Assembly: GCA_036493875.1 (NCBI GenBank) | Contig: DASXPB010000039.1 | Location: 25,313-89,312, forward strand | Source: Thermoanaerobaculia bacterium | Lineage (GTDB): Bacteria > Acidobacteriota > Thermoanaerobaculia > UBA5066 > Gp7-AA6 | Direction of reading: 5' to 3' | Length of the DNA stretch: 64,000 nt | Shown: piece after piece, positions 27,716-35,996 of the stretch | Numbering within the stretch: position 1 is the first letter of the stretch | How the letters are laid out: every line of letters begins with the position of its first letter | Translations under genes and position numbers: made by a program | Notes under the pieces: model-generated | The model's database searches: none | Told to the model about the DNA's origin: nothing | Seen by the model: the letters and a program-made list of their open reading frames with translations, nothing else

Positions 27716-29425
27716 GTGAAATCCGAGTTTCGCCGCTATCGAGGCCTCCTCGGCGTCGCCGTGTTCGCGGCCGCCGCCACGTGGGTGACGTCCGCCGACG
27801 CCGGCACGCCGGACCGGCTGGATGAGCGGCTCGCCCGCGTTCTCCGCGACGCGGGTTTCACCGGACGCGTCCAGGCGACCCTCGAGGGCCGGCTGGGGCG
27901 GCGCGTCGACCCGAGGCTCGCGGACCTCGGCCGCCTCGTGTTCTTCGACAACATCCTCGGACTGCACCGCGACAACGCGTGCGCCGGCTGTCACTCGCCC
28001 GCCATGGGCTTCGGCGATTCGCAATCGATCGCCATCGGCACCGACAACAACGGCCTGGTCGGGCCGCACCGCAGGGGACCCCGCAACCAGCGCCGTGCGC
28101 CCTTCGCGGTCAACGTGGCGTTCTTCCCCAGCATGATGCTGAACCTGCGCTTCGTGTCGCGATCGGGCGATCCGTTCGACATGGGGCTCGGCGCGAGCGT
28201 GCCGTTTTCGATCGGCGGCGACACCGTCTGGGTCCCCGGCGGCGCGTGCATGGTCGGAACGTGCTTCGAGCCGGAGAAGATGACGACGCTTCTGTCGGTC
28301 CAGGGCCACTTCCCGCCGACCGAGCTCGTCGAGATGGCGGGCTTCTGCGCAGATCATCCCGAGGACGTCGATCCGCTCGTGTATCACCCGCCGCATCGCG
28401 TCTCCTCCGGCGCCGTCGCCGACACCGTGCCGGAGGCGATCCCGGGGCCCAACGGCAGTCCGCCCGACTCCACCGACACGAGCTACTCGATCCGCCAGAA
28501 GGTGCTGGCGCGGTTCAACGCCAACGCCGAGTACGTGGACCGCTTCTCACGGATCTATGCGGAGGCCGCCGGCGGCCACGTGACCTTCGCCATGATCGGC
28601 GCGGCCCTCGCCGAGTTCCAGGTCTCCAACTCCTTCGCCGATGCGCCCCTCGACCGTTTCGCGCGCGGCCAGCGGGATGCGCTGACCGAGCCGCAGCAGC
28701 GCGGGGCCTTGCTTTTCTTCACCCGCGGCGGCTGCGTCTCCTGCCACGCGATTGCCGGCGCGTCGAGCGAGATGTTCACGGACTTCGCCAACCACGTCTC
28801 CGGCATCCCTCAGATCGCGCCCCGGGGATACGGACTCCGCTCGGGCGGCGATCCGGAGGACGCCGAGGACTTTCCCGGGAACTTCGACTTCTCCGGCCCG
28901 GGGCACGACGAGGACTTCGGCCGCGAGGAGGTCAGCGGAGATCCGGCCGACCGCTACGCGTTCCGCTCCTCGCCGCTGCGCAACATCGCGCTCCAGCCGT
29001 CGTTCTTCCACAACGGATCCTTCGCACGGTTGGAGGACGCGCTCCGCTATCACCTGAACACGGTTCCGATCGCGCCGTTCTACGACCCGGCGGCGGCGGG
29101 GATCGCTCCCGACCTTCGGGTGCGGCGCGGCCCGATCCAGCCCGTGCTGGCTCGGCTCGATCCGGCAATCGCGGCGCTGGGAGATCTCCGGCTCACGCGC
29201 CAGGAGTTCCAGGACCTCGTCGCTTTCCTTCGCGAGGGGTTGCTCGATCCGCAGGCACGGCCCCAAAATCTCTGCAGGGCGATCCCGAAGCGGGTGCCCA
29301 GCGGCCTGAAGGTCCTGCGGTTCGAGGGCTGTCCGGGGAACGCCGGGACGAACGCGCGCCAGCCGCTGGTCGCCGAGTCGGAGAACGTCAGCGCGGCCGC
29401 CAGCCCCTCAGGCGATACCCCGTAA
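27716..29425 (+). CDS. Di-haem cytochrome c peroxidase (CCP/MauG family)
   Basis: Signal peptide and two CxxCH sites (CAGCHSP, CVSCHA). GTG start. Confidence 0.9.
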   Translation: MKSEFRRYRGLLGVAVFAAAATWVTSADAGTPDRLDERLARVLRDAGFTGRVQATLEGRLGRRVDPRLADLGRLVFFDNILGLHRDNACAGCHSPAMGFGDSQSIAIGTDNNGLVGPHRRGPRNQRRAPFAVNVAFFPSMMLNLRFVSRSGDPFDMGLGASVPFSIGGDTVWVPGGACMVGTCFEPEKMTTLLSVQGHFPPTELVEMAGFCADHPEDVDPLVYHPPHRVSSGAVADTVPEAIPGPNGSPPDSTDTSYSIRQKVLARFNANAEYVDRFSRIYAEAAGGHVTFAMIGAALAEFQVSNSFADAPLDRFARGQRDALTEPQQRGALLFFTRGGCVSCHAIAGASSEMFTDFANHVSGIPQIAPRGYGLRSGGDPEDAEDFPGNFDFSGPGHDEDFGREEVSGDPADRYAFRSSPLRNIALQPSFFHNGSFARLEDALRYHLNTVPIAPFYDPAAAGIAPDLRVRRGPIQPVLARLDPAIAALGDLRLTRQEFQDLVAFLREGLLDPQARPQNLCRAIPKRVPSGLKVLRFEGCPGNAGTNARQPLVAESENVSAAASPSGDTP

Positions 29426-29770
29426 CTGGCGCCCGACGGTCACCGCGGGGTTCTGGTTGCGCCAGAAGTCGAACCGCTCGTTCGCATCCTTCAGCAGACG
29501 GTCCAGGGTGTCGAGCATGTCGAGGACGTGGACGGCGCCGTCGACCTCGCGGCAGGTGAAGCCGATGCTCGCCGTCGCCCGATTGAGGCGGAAGCGCTGC
29601 AGGACCGGCGAGTCGGCCTGTGAGAGGCGAAACGCCTCGGCCCAGCGGTCGTCCACGGATCCCTTGAGGGCGATCGTGTAGCGGCTCTCGTTGTTTCCAT
29701 GGTCGCCCCGGAGGGTCGCGTGATCCGCCTCTGGCAGCTGCCGTGATTCCAGCGCTTCGTTCATGGTCAT
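29408..29770 (-). CDS. Hypothetical protein (120 aa)
   Basis: GAAGGGGA lies upstream of ATG 29770. Its 3' end overlaps the convergent peroxidase gene by 18 nt. No family recognised. Confidence 0.5.
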   Translation of the reverse strand: MTMNEALESRQLPEADHATLRGDHGNNESRYTIALKGSVDDRWAEAFRLSQADSPVLQRFRLNRATASIGFTCREVDGAVHVLDMLDTLDRLLKDANERFDFWRNQNPAVTVGRQLRGIA

Positions 29771-29793
29771 CCCCTTCGCCTGTATGGAAAGAA

Positions 29794-29809
29794 GGCAATT
29801 CCGGGGCCA
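29794..29809 (-). promoter_or_regulatory. Candidate sigma-54 (-24/-12) element
   Basis: The minus strand reads TGGCCC-CGGAA-TTGCC, 23 nt upstream of ATG 29770. Confidence 0.35.
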
Positions 29810-29998
29810 GTCTGGAAGTCGCTGATTCGCAATGGGTTTCCGATTTGGTGTTCCGAATGGCCATTCCGGAACGTTACCCGAGGTAACAGTCTACCTGTCC
29901 CTTCGGACAGCCGGCCGACAGGGCCAAGCCGGGGGATAGAACCGGGCCTCCCCCGGGCCCGCGCGCGGGCGGGCACCGAGGGATACCGGGTCATCGAG

Positions 29999-30673
29999 TT
30001 ATTGGGCGGTTGTCTTCTTGGTGGTGGTGGTCGTGGTGGTGATCTTGCGGACAACCAGCGGGCCGTTCGCGCTCGTGCGGGTCGTCTGGATCGTGTAGGT
30101 CTTGCCGACCGCGACGTCCGAGGGGATCACCGACGAGTTGTCGATCGTGTAGACCACGCTCTTCTGATCGGGAAGCTGGATGGTGACCGACTTCCCGGGC
30201 TCGAACGCCGAGACGGTCCCCGTCACGCTGGTGGAGTTCATGGTGGTTGAGTTGCCGTTCGGATCGATCGTGCGCGTCTGGGTCTCGGTCTTGAGCTTGC
30301 CGTCCGAGGTCACCGACTGTGTCGTGATCTTGTGAACCATGACCGCGCCGTTCTCACCGGGTTCCGTGCTGAGCGAGACCTGCTTGCCGATCGCCACGTC
30401 GGACGGGGCATTGATGTCGTTCGCCAGCGTGTAGCTCATCTGCTTGTTGTCCGGGCCTAGAACGACGATGGTCTTGCCCGGCTCGTACCGCACGACCTTT
30501 CCCGTCACGGTCGTGGTCGTGGTCCGTGCAACGCCGTCGTCGGTCACCTGGGTCGTCTGCTTGGTCGTCGTGGTCTGCTGGCTCTGAGCGGTGTCGTCCT
30601 GCGCCAGCGCCGCGGTTGTGAGCGCGAGGCCTCCGGCCAGGCACAGCGCGCCCAACTGAGTAGTTCGCTTCAT
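29999..30673 (-). CDS. Secreted Thr-rich protein with an internal two-fold repeat
   Basis: AAGGAG lies 6 nt upstream of ATG 30673 (MKRTTQLGALCLAGG...AQD). The repeats VTGKVVRYEPGKTIVVLGPDNKQMSYT... and VTGTVSAFEPGKSVTIQLPDQKSVVYT... are flanked by poly-Thr. Confidence 0.7.
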   Translation of the reverse strand: MKRTTQLGALCLAGGLALTTAALAQDDTAQSQQTTTTKQTTQVTDDGVARTTTTTVTGKVVRYEPGKTIVVLGPDNKQMSYTLANDINAPSDVAIGKQVSLSTEPGENGAVMVHKITTQSVTSDGKLKTETQTRTIDPNGNSTTMNSTSVTGTVSAFEPGKSVTIQLPDQKSVVYTIDNSSVIPSDVAVGKTYTIQTTRTSANGPLVVRKITTTTTTTKKTTAQ

Positions 30674-30756
30674 AAGATTCTCCTTTGTTGGTCTCATCGG
30701 AAATCGGTGAGACGAGCCCTAGGAGCCCGGAAAAACCGGGACTCTAGAAAGGAAGC

Positions 30757-30772
30757 TGCAAGCGCGATGCCA
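30757..30772 (-). promoter_or_regulatory. Candidate sigma-54 (-24/-12) promoter, near consensus
   Basis: The minus strand reads TGGCAT-CGCGC-TTGCA (consensus TGGCAC-N5-TTGCW), 83 nt upstream of ATG 30673. Confidence 0.6.
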
Positions 30773-30795
30773 CGAGTCGTCGGTCCGGACCCCGA

Positions 30796-31164
30796 TTAGT
30801 CGCGCGCGAGAAGAGCTCCGAGGACAGCGCCGGCAACAAGTCCGATTCCCAGCGCTCCGAGCGCCAGGCCCGTCGGATTGCTCTTGCCGAGTTCCTCCGT
30901 CAGCCGCTTCCAGGACTCGCCGGCGACGCGTGGAAGCTCTCCAACGCCACGAGCCGCCTCGTCCTGGGCGCGCTCGATGGGAACCGGCGTACCGTCTGCC
31001 GCGAGCAACTTAGAGTCTGCGCGCCCGGCCGGCGACTCCTCCTTCGGCGAAGCGCTCGAAACGCTCGAACCCGTCTGCTCTTTCCGGACGCCAACCCGCT
31101 TCGAAGCGCCTCCTTCCCCGTGCCCGTCCCCGGGAGAGGTCGCCGATCTGTCCGTCGTATCCAT
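30796..31164 (-). CDS. Tail-anchored membrane protein, ElaB/YqjD/DUF883-like
   Basis: GGAGGG RBS. A hydrophilic N-part is followed by the C-terminal TM segment GLALGALGIGLVAGAVLGALLARD. Confidence 0.55.
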   Translation of the reverse strand: MDTTDRSATSPGDGHGEGGASKRVGVRKEQTGSSVSSASPKEESPAGRADSKLLAADGTPVPIERAQDEAARGVGELPRVAGESWKRLTEELGKSNPTGLALGALGIGLVAGAVLGALLARD

Positions 31165-31200
31165 GGACCCTCCAAAAAAGCGTGAAACGCTCCTGGCCGC

Positions 31201-31216
31201 TGCAATCCGTATGCCG
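31201..31216 (-). promoter_or_regulatory. Candidate sigma-54 (-24/-12) promoter
   Basis: The minus strand reads CGGCAT-ACGGA-TTGCA, 36 nt upstream of ATG 31164. Confidence 0.5.
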
Positions 31217-31335
31217 GCGATCGCGGCCTGCTCCGGCCGTCGATGCGCAACGGTTCACCCCCGGTTCATCTGGTTGGCCGTACGGTGTCGGATGTCGGCG
31301 CGATGGTGCGCCGGTACTTTTCGAGGTGAGGTTCC

Positions 31336-31638
31336 ATGAAGAAGGCATTGGCTCTCGCGGTGGTGATGGTGTTTTGCGCGGCCATCGGGTTCGCGGGTAC
31401 GGGTGAGCACAAGGGCGGAGGAATGGAAGGGACGATCACGAAGGTCGACATGGCCGGCAAGTCGATGGTCGTCAAGACCGCCGACGGCAAGGACATGACG
31501 ATCTACTGGAACGACACGACCAAGCTCCAGGGCACGCCCAAGGAGGGCGAGATGGTCCACTTCAAGGCCGCCGACAAGGACGGGAAGACCACGGCCAGCT
31601 GGGTGCACGTCGGCGCGATGGAGCCGAAGACGAAGTAA
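31336..31638 (+). CDS. Small secreted protein (100 aa), a single copy of the repeat seen in the Thr-rich protein
   Basis: Signal peptide MKKALALAVVMVFCAAIGFAG. GTITKVDMAGKSMVVKTADGKDMTIYW resembles GTVSAFEPGKSVTIQLPDQKSVVYT. Confidence 0.65.
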   Translation: MKKALALAVVMVFCAAIGFAGTGEHKGGGMEGTITKVDMAGKSMVVKTADGKDMTIYWNDTTKLQGTPKEGEMVHFKAADKDGKTTASWVHVGAMEPKTK

Positions 31639-31662
31639 CGTTCCCGAATCTCGTTTCGCAGG

Positions 31663-31697
31663 GCGGGGCCGCCTCGTGGCAGCTCCGCTTTTTTTTT
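31663..31697 (+). terminator. Probable intrinsic terminator
   Basis: A GCGGGG...CTCCGC stem is followed by a 9-T run (31689-31697), 25 nt after the stop at 31638. Confidence 0.45.
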
Positions 31698-31717
31698 CGA
31701 TCCGGAATTCCGCGCGG

Positions 31718-31733
31718 GGGCGCGCGCTTTGCA
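31718..31733 (+). promoter_or_regulatory. Candidate sigma-54 (-24/-12) element
   Basis: GGGCGC-GCGCT-TTGCA lies 27 nt upstream of GTG 31761 and 54 nt upstream of the alternative TTG 31788. Confidence 0.4.
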
Positions 31734-31760
31734 AGGTCGAACCGAGGACGCGGTGACCCC

Positions 31761-32402
31761 GTGGCGCGTCCGAGAGGAGTCGCCGCATTGAGGTCCCGCA
31801 TTCTCGCGGTCACCGCGATCGTCACCGTCTGGCTCGCCTCCGCGCCGCGGCTCGAGGCCCAGAGGTCCCTCACGATCACGGCCCTCGGCGATCCGTCCGA
31901 TTCGCGCGTCGCAGTCCTCGAGGAAGCGGTGACGTTCTGGAACGCTCGGCTCGAAGCGATCGGCGCGAACGTCCGTCTGGGACCCGTCCGCGTGGTCGAG
32001 GACTCGATTCCGGACTCGCTGCTTCGGAGAATGAGCCACGAGGTCGTCGACAGCCATGGAACCTCGCTGCCCGACGAGATCCAGGAGATCCCGGGCGACG
32101 TCGTGGTCGTCCTCTCAGGCGCGGATCTCGTCTCCTTCGGGATTCGCCGCACGCGCTGGAACAAGGGCTTCGCCGCCATTCGCCGCGCCGACCAGCCGCC
32201 GCTGTCCCTGCCGAACGTCGCGCGCAACGCCATCGCCCACGAGCTCGGCCATGTCCTCGGTCTCGACCACAACGACGACGCCTCGACGCTGATGTGCGGG
32301 CGCCCCGCGCCCTGCCGGCCGGACTCGTTCGCCTCGCGCACCGACCGCTTCTTCCCTCTCCTGGATTCCGAGGAGCGCGAGCTGCGCTCTCGCTGGCGCT
32401 AG
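31761..32402 (+). CDS. Secreted metzincin-type zinc metalloprotease
   Basis: HELGHVLGLDH (HExxHxxGxxH) plus a signal peptide. TTG 31788, preceded by GAGAGGAG, is a plausible alternative start. Confidence 0.75.
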   Translation: MARPRGVAALRSRILAVTAIVTVWLASAPRLEAQRSLTITALGDPSDSRVAVLEEAVTFWNARLEAIGANVRLGPVRVVEDSIPDSLLRRMSHEVVDSHGTSLPDEIQEIPGDVVVVLSGADLVSFGIRRTRWNKGFAAIRRADQPPLSLPNVARNAIAHELGHVLGLDHNDDASTLMCGRPAPCRPDSFASRTDRFFPLLDSEERELRSRWR

Positions 32403-32417
32403 GAACCGACCGCCCCC

Positions 32418-33308
32418 TCACTCCACCGCGGGAATCCTGGCCGGATCGTCGAGGAGAGGCGCGGGATCGATTCTCGCGTCGTGCCATCGCACGCCGAAAT
32501 AGAGGTGCGGCCCGGTGGCGCGCCCGGTCGAGCCCGCGAGCCCGATCCGCTCGCCCTTGCGAACCTCGGCGCCGGGTTGGACGTCGATCCGCGAGAGGTG
32601 GAAGTACATCGTGATGAGACCGTCTCCGTGGTCCAGGAAGACGGCGTTCCCGGGATAGAAGAGCTCCTCCGCGATCACGACGACGCCGTCCGCCACCGCC
32701 ACGACGGGAGTGCCCTCGTTGAGCGCGTAGTCGACGCCCATGTGAGGCTGCGCCGCGGGCTTTCCGTTGAAGACGCGTTTCCAGCCGAACGTCTTGGGCT
32801 CGGGAAGATTGCCCGCCGGCGCCCCGAGAGGCAGCTCGAACGCCGCAGGGCCCTCCTTGCGGCGCCACACCTTCGCGACGAGTGCCTGGTCGCGCGCGTT
32901 GCGCCGGAGGTCCTCGGGCGAAGGATTGCCCTGCGGGATGTCGCCGAGGTCGAGCTCCTCCGTTCCGTAGGGAAAGGACTCGATCCGCACGCGCGCGCGT
33001 TCCGCCGGGCCGGCGCCGTGTCGGATCACCGTGACGACGCCCGGTTTGCGCAGGATGTCGATCGGGTAGTAGCAGGTCTCGCCGAGCGCCGGCCAGGCGC
33101 GGCCCGCCATGCCGCAGCGCTTCGTCCCGGGTGCGGACCAGCGGATGAGGCCGCCCGGCCGCGTCGCGACCTGGGGCGTCTGCGCGGTCTTTCCCGTCTG
33201 CCCTGTCTGCGCGGCGGCGAGCGGCGCGCCGGAGACGGGTGCGGCGAGGGCCAGCGCGAGTAGTAGAGCGAGCCTCTTCGTGACGCGAAGGCAAGGGCTT
33301 CCGGCCAT
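32418..33308 (-). CDS. M23 family metallopeptidase (secreted)
   Basis: HMGVDYA, LDHGDGLITMYFHLS and PHLYFGVRW. Start at ATG 33308, followed by a signal peptide. Confidence 0.9.
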   Translation of the reverse strand: MAGSPCLRVTKRLALLLALALAAPVSGAPLAAAQTGQTGKTAQTPQVATRPGGLIRWSAPGTKRCGMAGRAWPALGETCYYPIDILRKPGVVTVIRHGAGPAERARVRIESFPYGTEELDLGDIPQGNPSPEDLRRNARDQALVAKVWRRKEGPAAFELPLGAPAGNLPEPKTFGWKRVFNGKPAAQPHMGVDYALNEGTPVVAVADGVVVIAEELFYPGNAVFLDHGDGLITMYFHLSRIDVQPGAEVRKGERIGLAGSTGRATGPHLYFGVRWHDARIDPAPLLDDPARIPAVE

Positions 33309-33321
33309 GGGCAGAGTGTCA

Positions 33322-33337
33322 TGCAATCGCCCTGCCG
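33322..33337 (-). promoter_or_regulatory. Candidate sigma-54 (-24/-12) element, very close to the start codon
   Basis: The minus strand reads CGGCAG-GGCGA-TTGCA only 13 nt upstream of ATG 33308. That implies a near-leaderless transcript, or the site is not functional. Confidence 0.3.
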
Positions 33338-33352
33338 GCCGCCCGGTCGAGG

Positions 33353-34327
33353 CTAGGGTCGTTCCGCCCCGATGGATCCGAAGACCCGACGCGCGGCCTC
33401 GACGACGTCTCGATCCCACCAGCCCCGCTCGACGCCGTCGCGGAGGATCTCGAAGGCCGTCTCCGTGCTGCGGGCGCCCCGGTACGAACGCTCGCTTCTC
33501 AAGGCGTCGAAGACGTCCGCCACGGTCACGATGCGGATGGACATCGGGATGGCGGACCCGGAGATCCCGTCGGGATACCCCGACCCGTCGAGTCGCTCGT
33601 GATGGTGGTAGACGATCGGCAGGCTCTGTCGCATGGTCTTCATCGACGAGAGAAGGTCGTGTCCGACGACCGGGTGCTCCTGCACGACGTCCCGCTCCTC
33701 GACCGTGAGCTGTCCCGGTTTCCGAAGGATGGCATCCGGGATCACGATCTTGCCGAGGTCGTGGAAGAGGGCGCCGCGGCGCATCTCGTAGCGCGTGGGC
33801 CCGTCGAGACCCATGTGTTCCGCGATCCGGTCCGCGTAGTCGGCGACCCGGCCGCTGTGGCCGGCGGTGTGCGGATCCCGCGCGTCGATCATCTTCGCGA
33901 GGGTCAGGATCACCTTCTCCGCGTGCTCGTGCTCGTCCGCGAACTGCTTGAGCGCGACGAGGGCGCGGAGACGAGGGAGAAGCTCGCCCGGCGAGAAGGG
34001 CTTGTGCACGAAGTCGGTCACGCCGGCGGACTGCGCGCGCAGCCTCTCCGCCTCGGTCGCCTGTCCCGTGAGCATGACGACGGGCAGGAGCCGCGTCGAG
34101 GGATCGGCGCGGACGCTCTCGAGCACGTCGAGCCCGCTCTGATCGGGTAGCTTGAGGTCGAGCAGGACGAGGTCCGCTTCGCCAGAGCGGACGCGGTCGA
34201 GAGCCGACTCGCCGGTCGAGAAGGTCTCGGCGGCGAAGCCCGCGGAGGCGAGCGTCCGCTCCAGCAGGTGGCAGATCTGCTGGTCGTCGTCGACGACGAG
34301 GACGAGGGGGCCCGGCCGGTCCGTCAC
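33353..34327 (-). CDS. Response regulator with HD-GYP phosphodiesterase domain (RpfG-like)
   Basis: REC domain (LVVDDD...DLVLLDLKLPD) followed by HD...HHERLDGSGYPDG. Confidence 0.9.
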   Translation of the reverse strand: MTDRPGPLVLVVDDDQQICHLLERTLASAGFAAETFSTGESALDRVRSGEADLVLLDLKLPDQSGLDVLESVRADPSTRLLPVVMLTGQATEAERLRAQSAGVTDFVHKPFSPGELLPRLRALVALKQFADEHEHAEKVILTLAKMIDARDPHTAGHSGRVADYADRIAEHMGLDGPTRYEMRRGALFHDLGKIVIPDAILRKPGQLTVEERDVVQEHPVVGHDLLSSMKTMRQSLPIVYHHHERLDGSGYPDGISGSAIPMSIRIVTVADVFDALRSERSYRGARSTETAFEILRDGVERGWWDRDVVEAARRVFGSIGAERP

Positions 34328-34458
34328 GGAGTGCGCGGTCTGCGCCTGGTGGAAGCGTCAGCGCTCATGGTCCGGCTCGGGAGTCGTGGCATGGATCGTT
34401 CGATCGAGTCTAGCCCACGGTCGAGGGAAGAGCGGTGTGGATGGTCACCGGAGCAGAA

Positions 34459-34533
34459 TGGCTCCTCAGGTAGGATTTGAACCTACAACCCTCCGGTTAA
34501 CAGCCGGATGCTCTGCCATTGAGCTACTGAGGA
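34459..34533 (-). tRNA. tRNA-Asn (GTT), CCA encoded
   Basis: A hand-folded cloverleaf works. Acceptor TCCTCAG/CTGAGGA, anticodon arm TCCGG-CTGTTAA-CCGGA, T arm GTAGG-TTCAAAT-CCTAC, discriminator G, then CCA. Confidence 0.95.
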
Positions 34534-34610
34534 AAAGAGCGGACCGGGAAGGGTAGCGGACGAGCGCCGAGGTGTCAACCGGACGCGCCGGTTGCCCGGT
34601 CGCACGGTCT

Positions 34611-35090
34611 CTACTCCGCCTGAGTCCACGACGCCCACGCGACCTTCCAGCCCGCGTCGTCGCGGCTCATGCGGAAGTCGAAGTCGTACTTCGCGGATGA
34701 GGGAAGGAGCCCGCTCAACCCCCCGGCCGCTCTGGGCCGGCCCGTCATCACGGCGCGCAATCGCACGCGTGCCGTAGTCTCCGAACGCTCGACGCGCACG
34801 TCCTCGAGCGCGACGTCGAGGCTCTCGTACGCCGCGAAATAGCGCTGCAGGAGCGCCTCGTCTTCGGCGCGGGAGCTGCCGTCGGCCGCCTGGAAGTCCG
34901 CGGTGAGGTTCGCCATCACGCCGGACGCGTCGCGCGCGTGAGCCGCCGCGACCATCCTGTCGAACGCCGCGCGCACCGGGTCCTTCGCGGGCCCGCAGCC
35001 CCACGCGGCGGACAAAGAAGCGGCGAAGAGAAGGATCGCGACGCGGCGCACGAGTCCATTTTGCTCTCTTTCCTGAGAGGATGGACTCAT
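34611..35090 (-). CDS. Putative lipoprotein, NTF2/SnoaL-like
   Basis: Lipobox LSAAWGC. The start is uncertain: ATG 35090 would overlap the divergent hemerythrin ATG at 35089, and GTG 35051 is an alternative. Confidence 0.55.
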   Translation of the reverse strand: MSPSSQEREQNGLVRRVAILLFAASLSAAWGCGPAKDPVRAAFDRMVAAAHARDASGVMANLTADFQAADGSSRAEDEALLQRYFAAYESLDVALEDVRVERSETTARVRLRAVMTGRPRAAGGLSGLLPSSAKYDFDFRMSRDDAGWKVAWASWTQAE

Positions 35091-35511
35091 GTCCGACGAG
35101 CCGCTTGCCGACTTCCTGCGGCGGGAGCACGGCCGGCTCGATGAGCTCCTCGGCCGCTTCTTCGGCGCGGCCCATGCGGGCTCGCTGGAGGCCGCGCGCG
35201 AGGCGCTGGCCGTCTTCGACGACGCGTTGCGGCAGCATACGGCGCACGAAGAGGAGCGGATCCTCCCGCCGGTCTCCGGCCGCAAGCTCCTGCCGGGAGA
35301 GGAGGAGTCGGCGCGCGGCCGGCTGGGACGCGAGCTGCGCCTCGAGCACGTGCAGATCCGAGAGCTCTCGGCGATGATGCGCCGGCTGCTCGAACAAGGC
35401 GACCTCCAGGGCGCCGCGAGACTGGCCGCCAGCCTGGCGCGCCGCTGGGACGCGCACACGGCACGCGAGGAGCAGGCGCTCGCGGATTCGGACTCCTCCG
35501 TCGACGCCTAG
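35089..35511 (+). CDS. Hemerythrin-like (HHE cation-binding) domain protein
   Basis: 140-aa helical protein with spaced H/E residues (REHGRLDELL, HTAHEEERIL, LEHVQIRE, WDAHTAREE). Confidence 0.65.
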   Translation: MSDEPLADFLRREHGRLDELLGRFFGAAHAGSLEAAREALAVFDDALRQHTAHEEERILPPVSGRKLLPGEEESARGRLGRELRLEHVQIRELSAMMRRLLEQGDLQGAARLAASLARRWDAHTAREEQALADSDSSVDA

Positions 35512-35520
35512 GCGGAGAGC

Positions 35521-35570
35521 GCAACAGTCAAGGCGCGGCCAGTGACGCAACAGTCAAGGCGCGGCCAGTG
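35521..35570. repeat. Tandem 26-bp duplication that includes the yjbQ 3' end
   Basis: GCAACAGTCAAGGCGCGGCCAGTG occurs at 35521-35544 and 35547-35570. The second copy contains the yjbQ stop codon and last codons. Confidence 0.85.
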
Positions 35571-35961
35571 CCGCGACGCGCACCGTTCTCTCGCGCGGCC
35601 CGTCGAGCTCGATCAGGAAGACTCCCTGCCAGCGGCCCAGGAGCGGCTCACCGCGCGAGAGCGGCACGAGGAGTGCAGTGCCCATCGCCTCGGAGAGAAA
35701 ATGCGCGGCCGAGTTGCCTTCCGCATGGTCGAACCGGACGTCCGGGACCCAGGCCGCGAGCGCCCGCTCGAGGTCGCCGGTGACGTCCGGGTCCCAGGCC
35801 TCGCCGACCACCACCGATGCGGTGGTGTGGGGCACGGAGACGAGCAGCGCGCCCTCCTTCGCCCCGATCGTCTCCGACGCCTTGCGCACGCGGTCGGTGA
35901 TGTCGATGCGCTCGATCTTGCGGGTCGTCTTCACGTGGAACTCGTGGGCCGCCGCCGCCAT
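35554..35961 (-). CDS. yjbQ: YjbQ/UPF0047 family protein (secondary thiamine-phosphate synthase-like)
   Basis: 135 aa with ITDRV..., LLVSVPHTTASVVVGEAWDPDV and GRWQGVFLIELDGPR, all typical of UPF0047. Confidence 0.9.
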   Translation of the reverse strand: MAAAAHEFHVKTTRKIERIDITDRVRKASETIGAKEGALLVSVPHTTASVVVGEAWDPDVTGDLERALAAWVPDVRFDHAEGNSAAHFLSEAMGTALLVPLSRGEPLLGRWQGVFLIELDGPRERTVRVAALAAP

Positions 35962-35996
35962 CGTCCCAGTCTAAGACGATATCCTTCGCCGATCGA

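Noticed and set aside
29866-29892. ECF-sigma-like promoter motif GGAAC-N16-GTCT on the plus strand
   Set aside because: It points into the antisense of the Thr-rich gene with no plus-strand gene downstream. It also overlaps palindromes that are better explained as minus-strand upstream elements.
34328-34610. tRNA-Asn as an integration site for a genomic island
   Set aside because: There is no integrase, no direct repeat of the tRNA 3' end and no mobile genes on either side. The flanking genes are an ordinary regulator and a lipoprotein.
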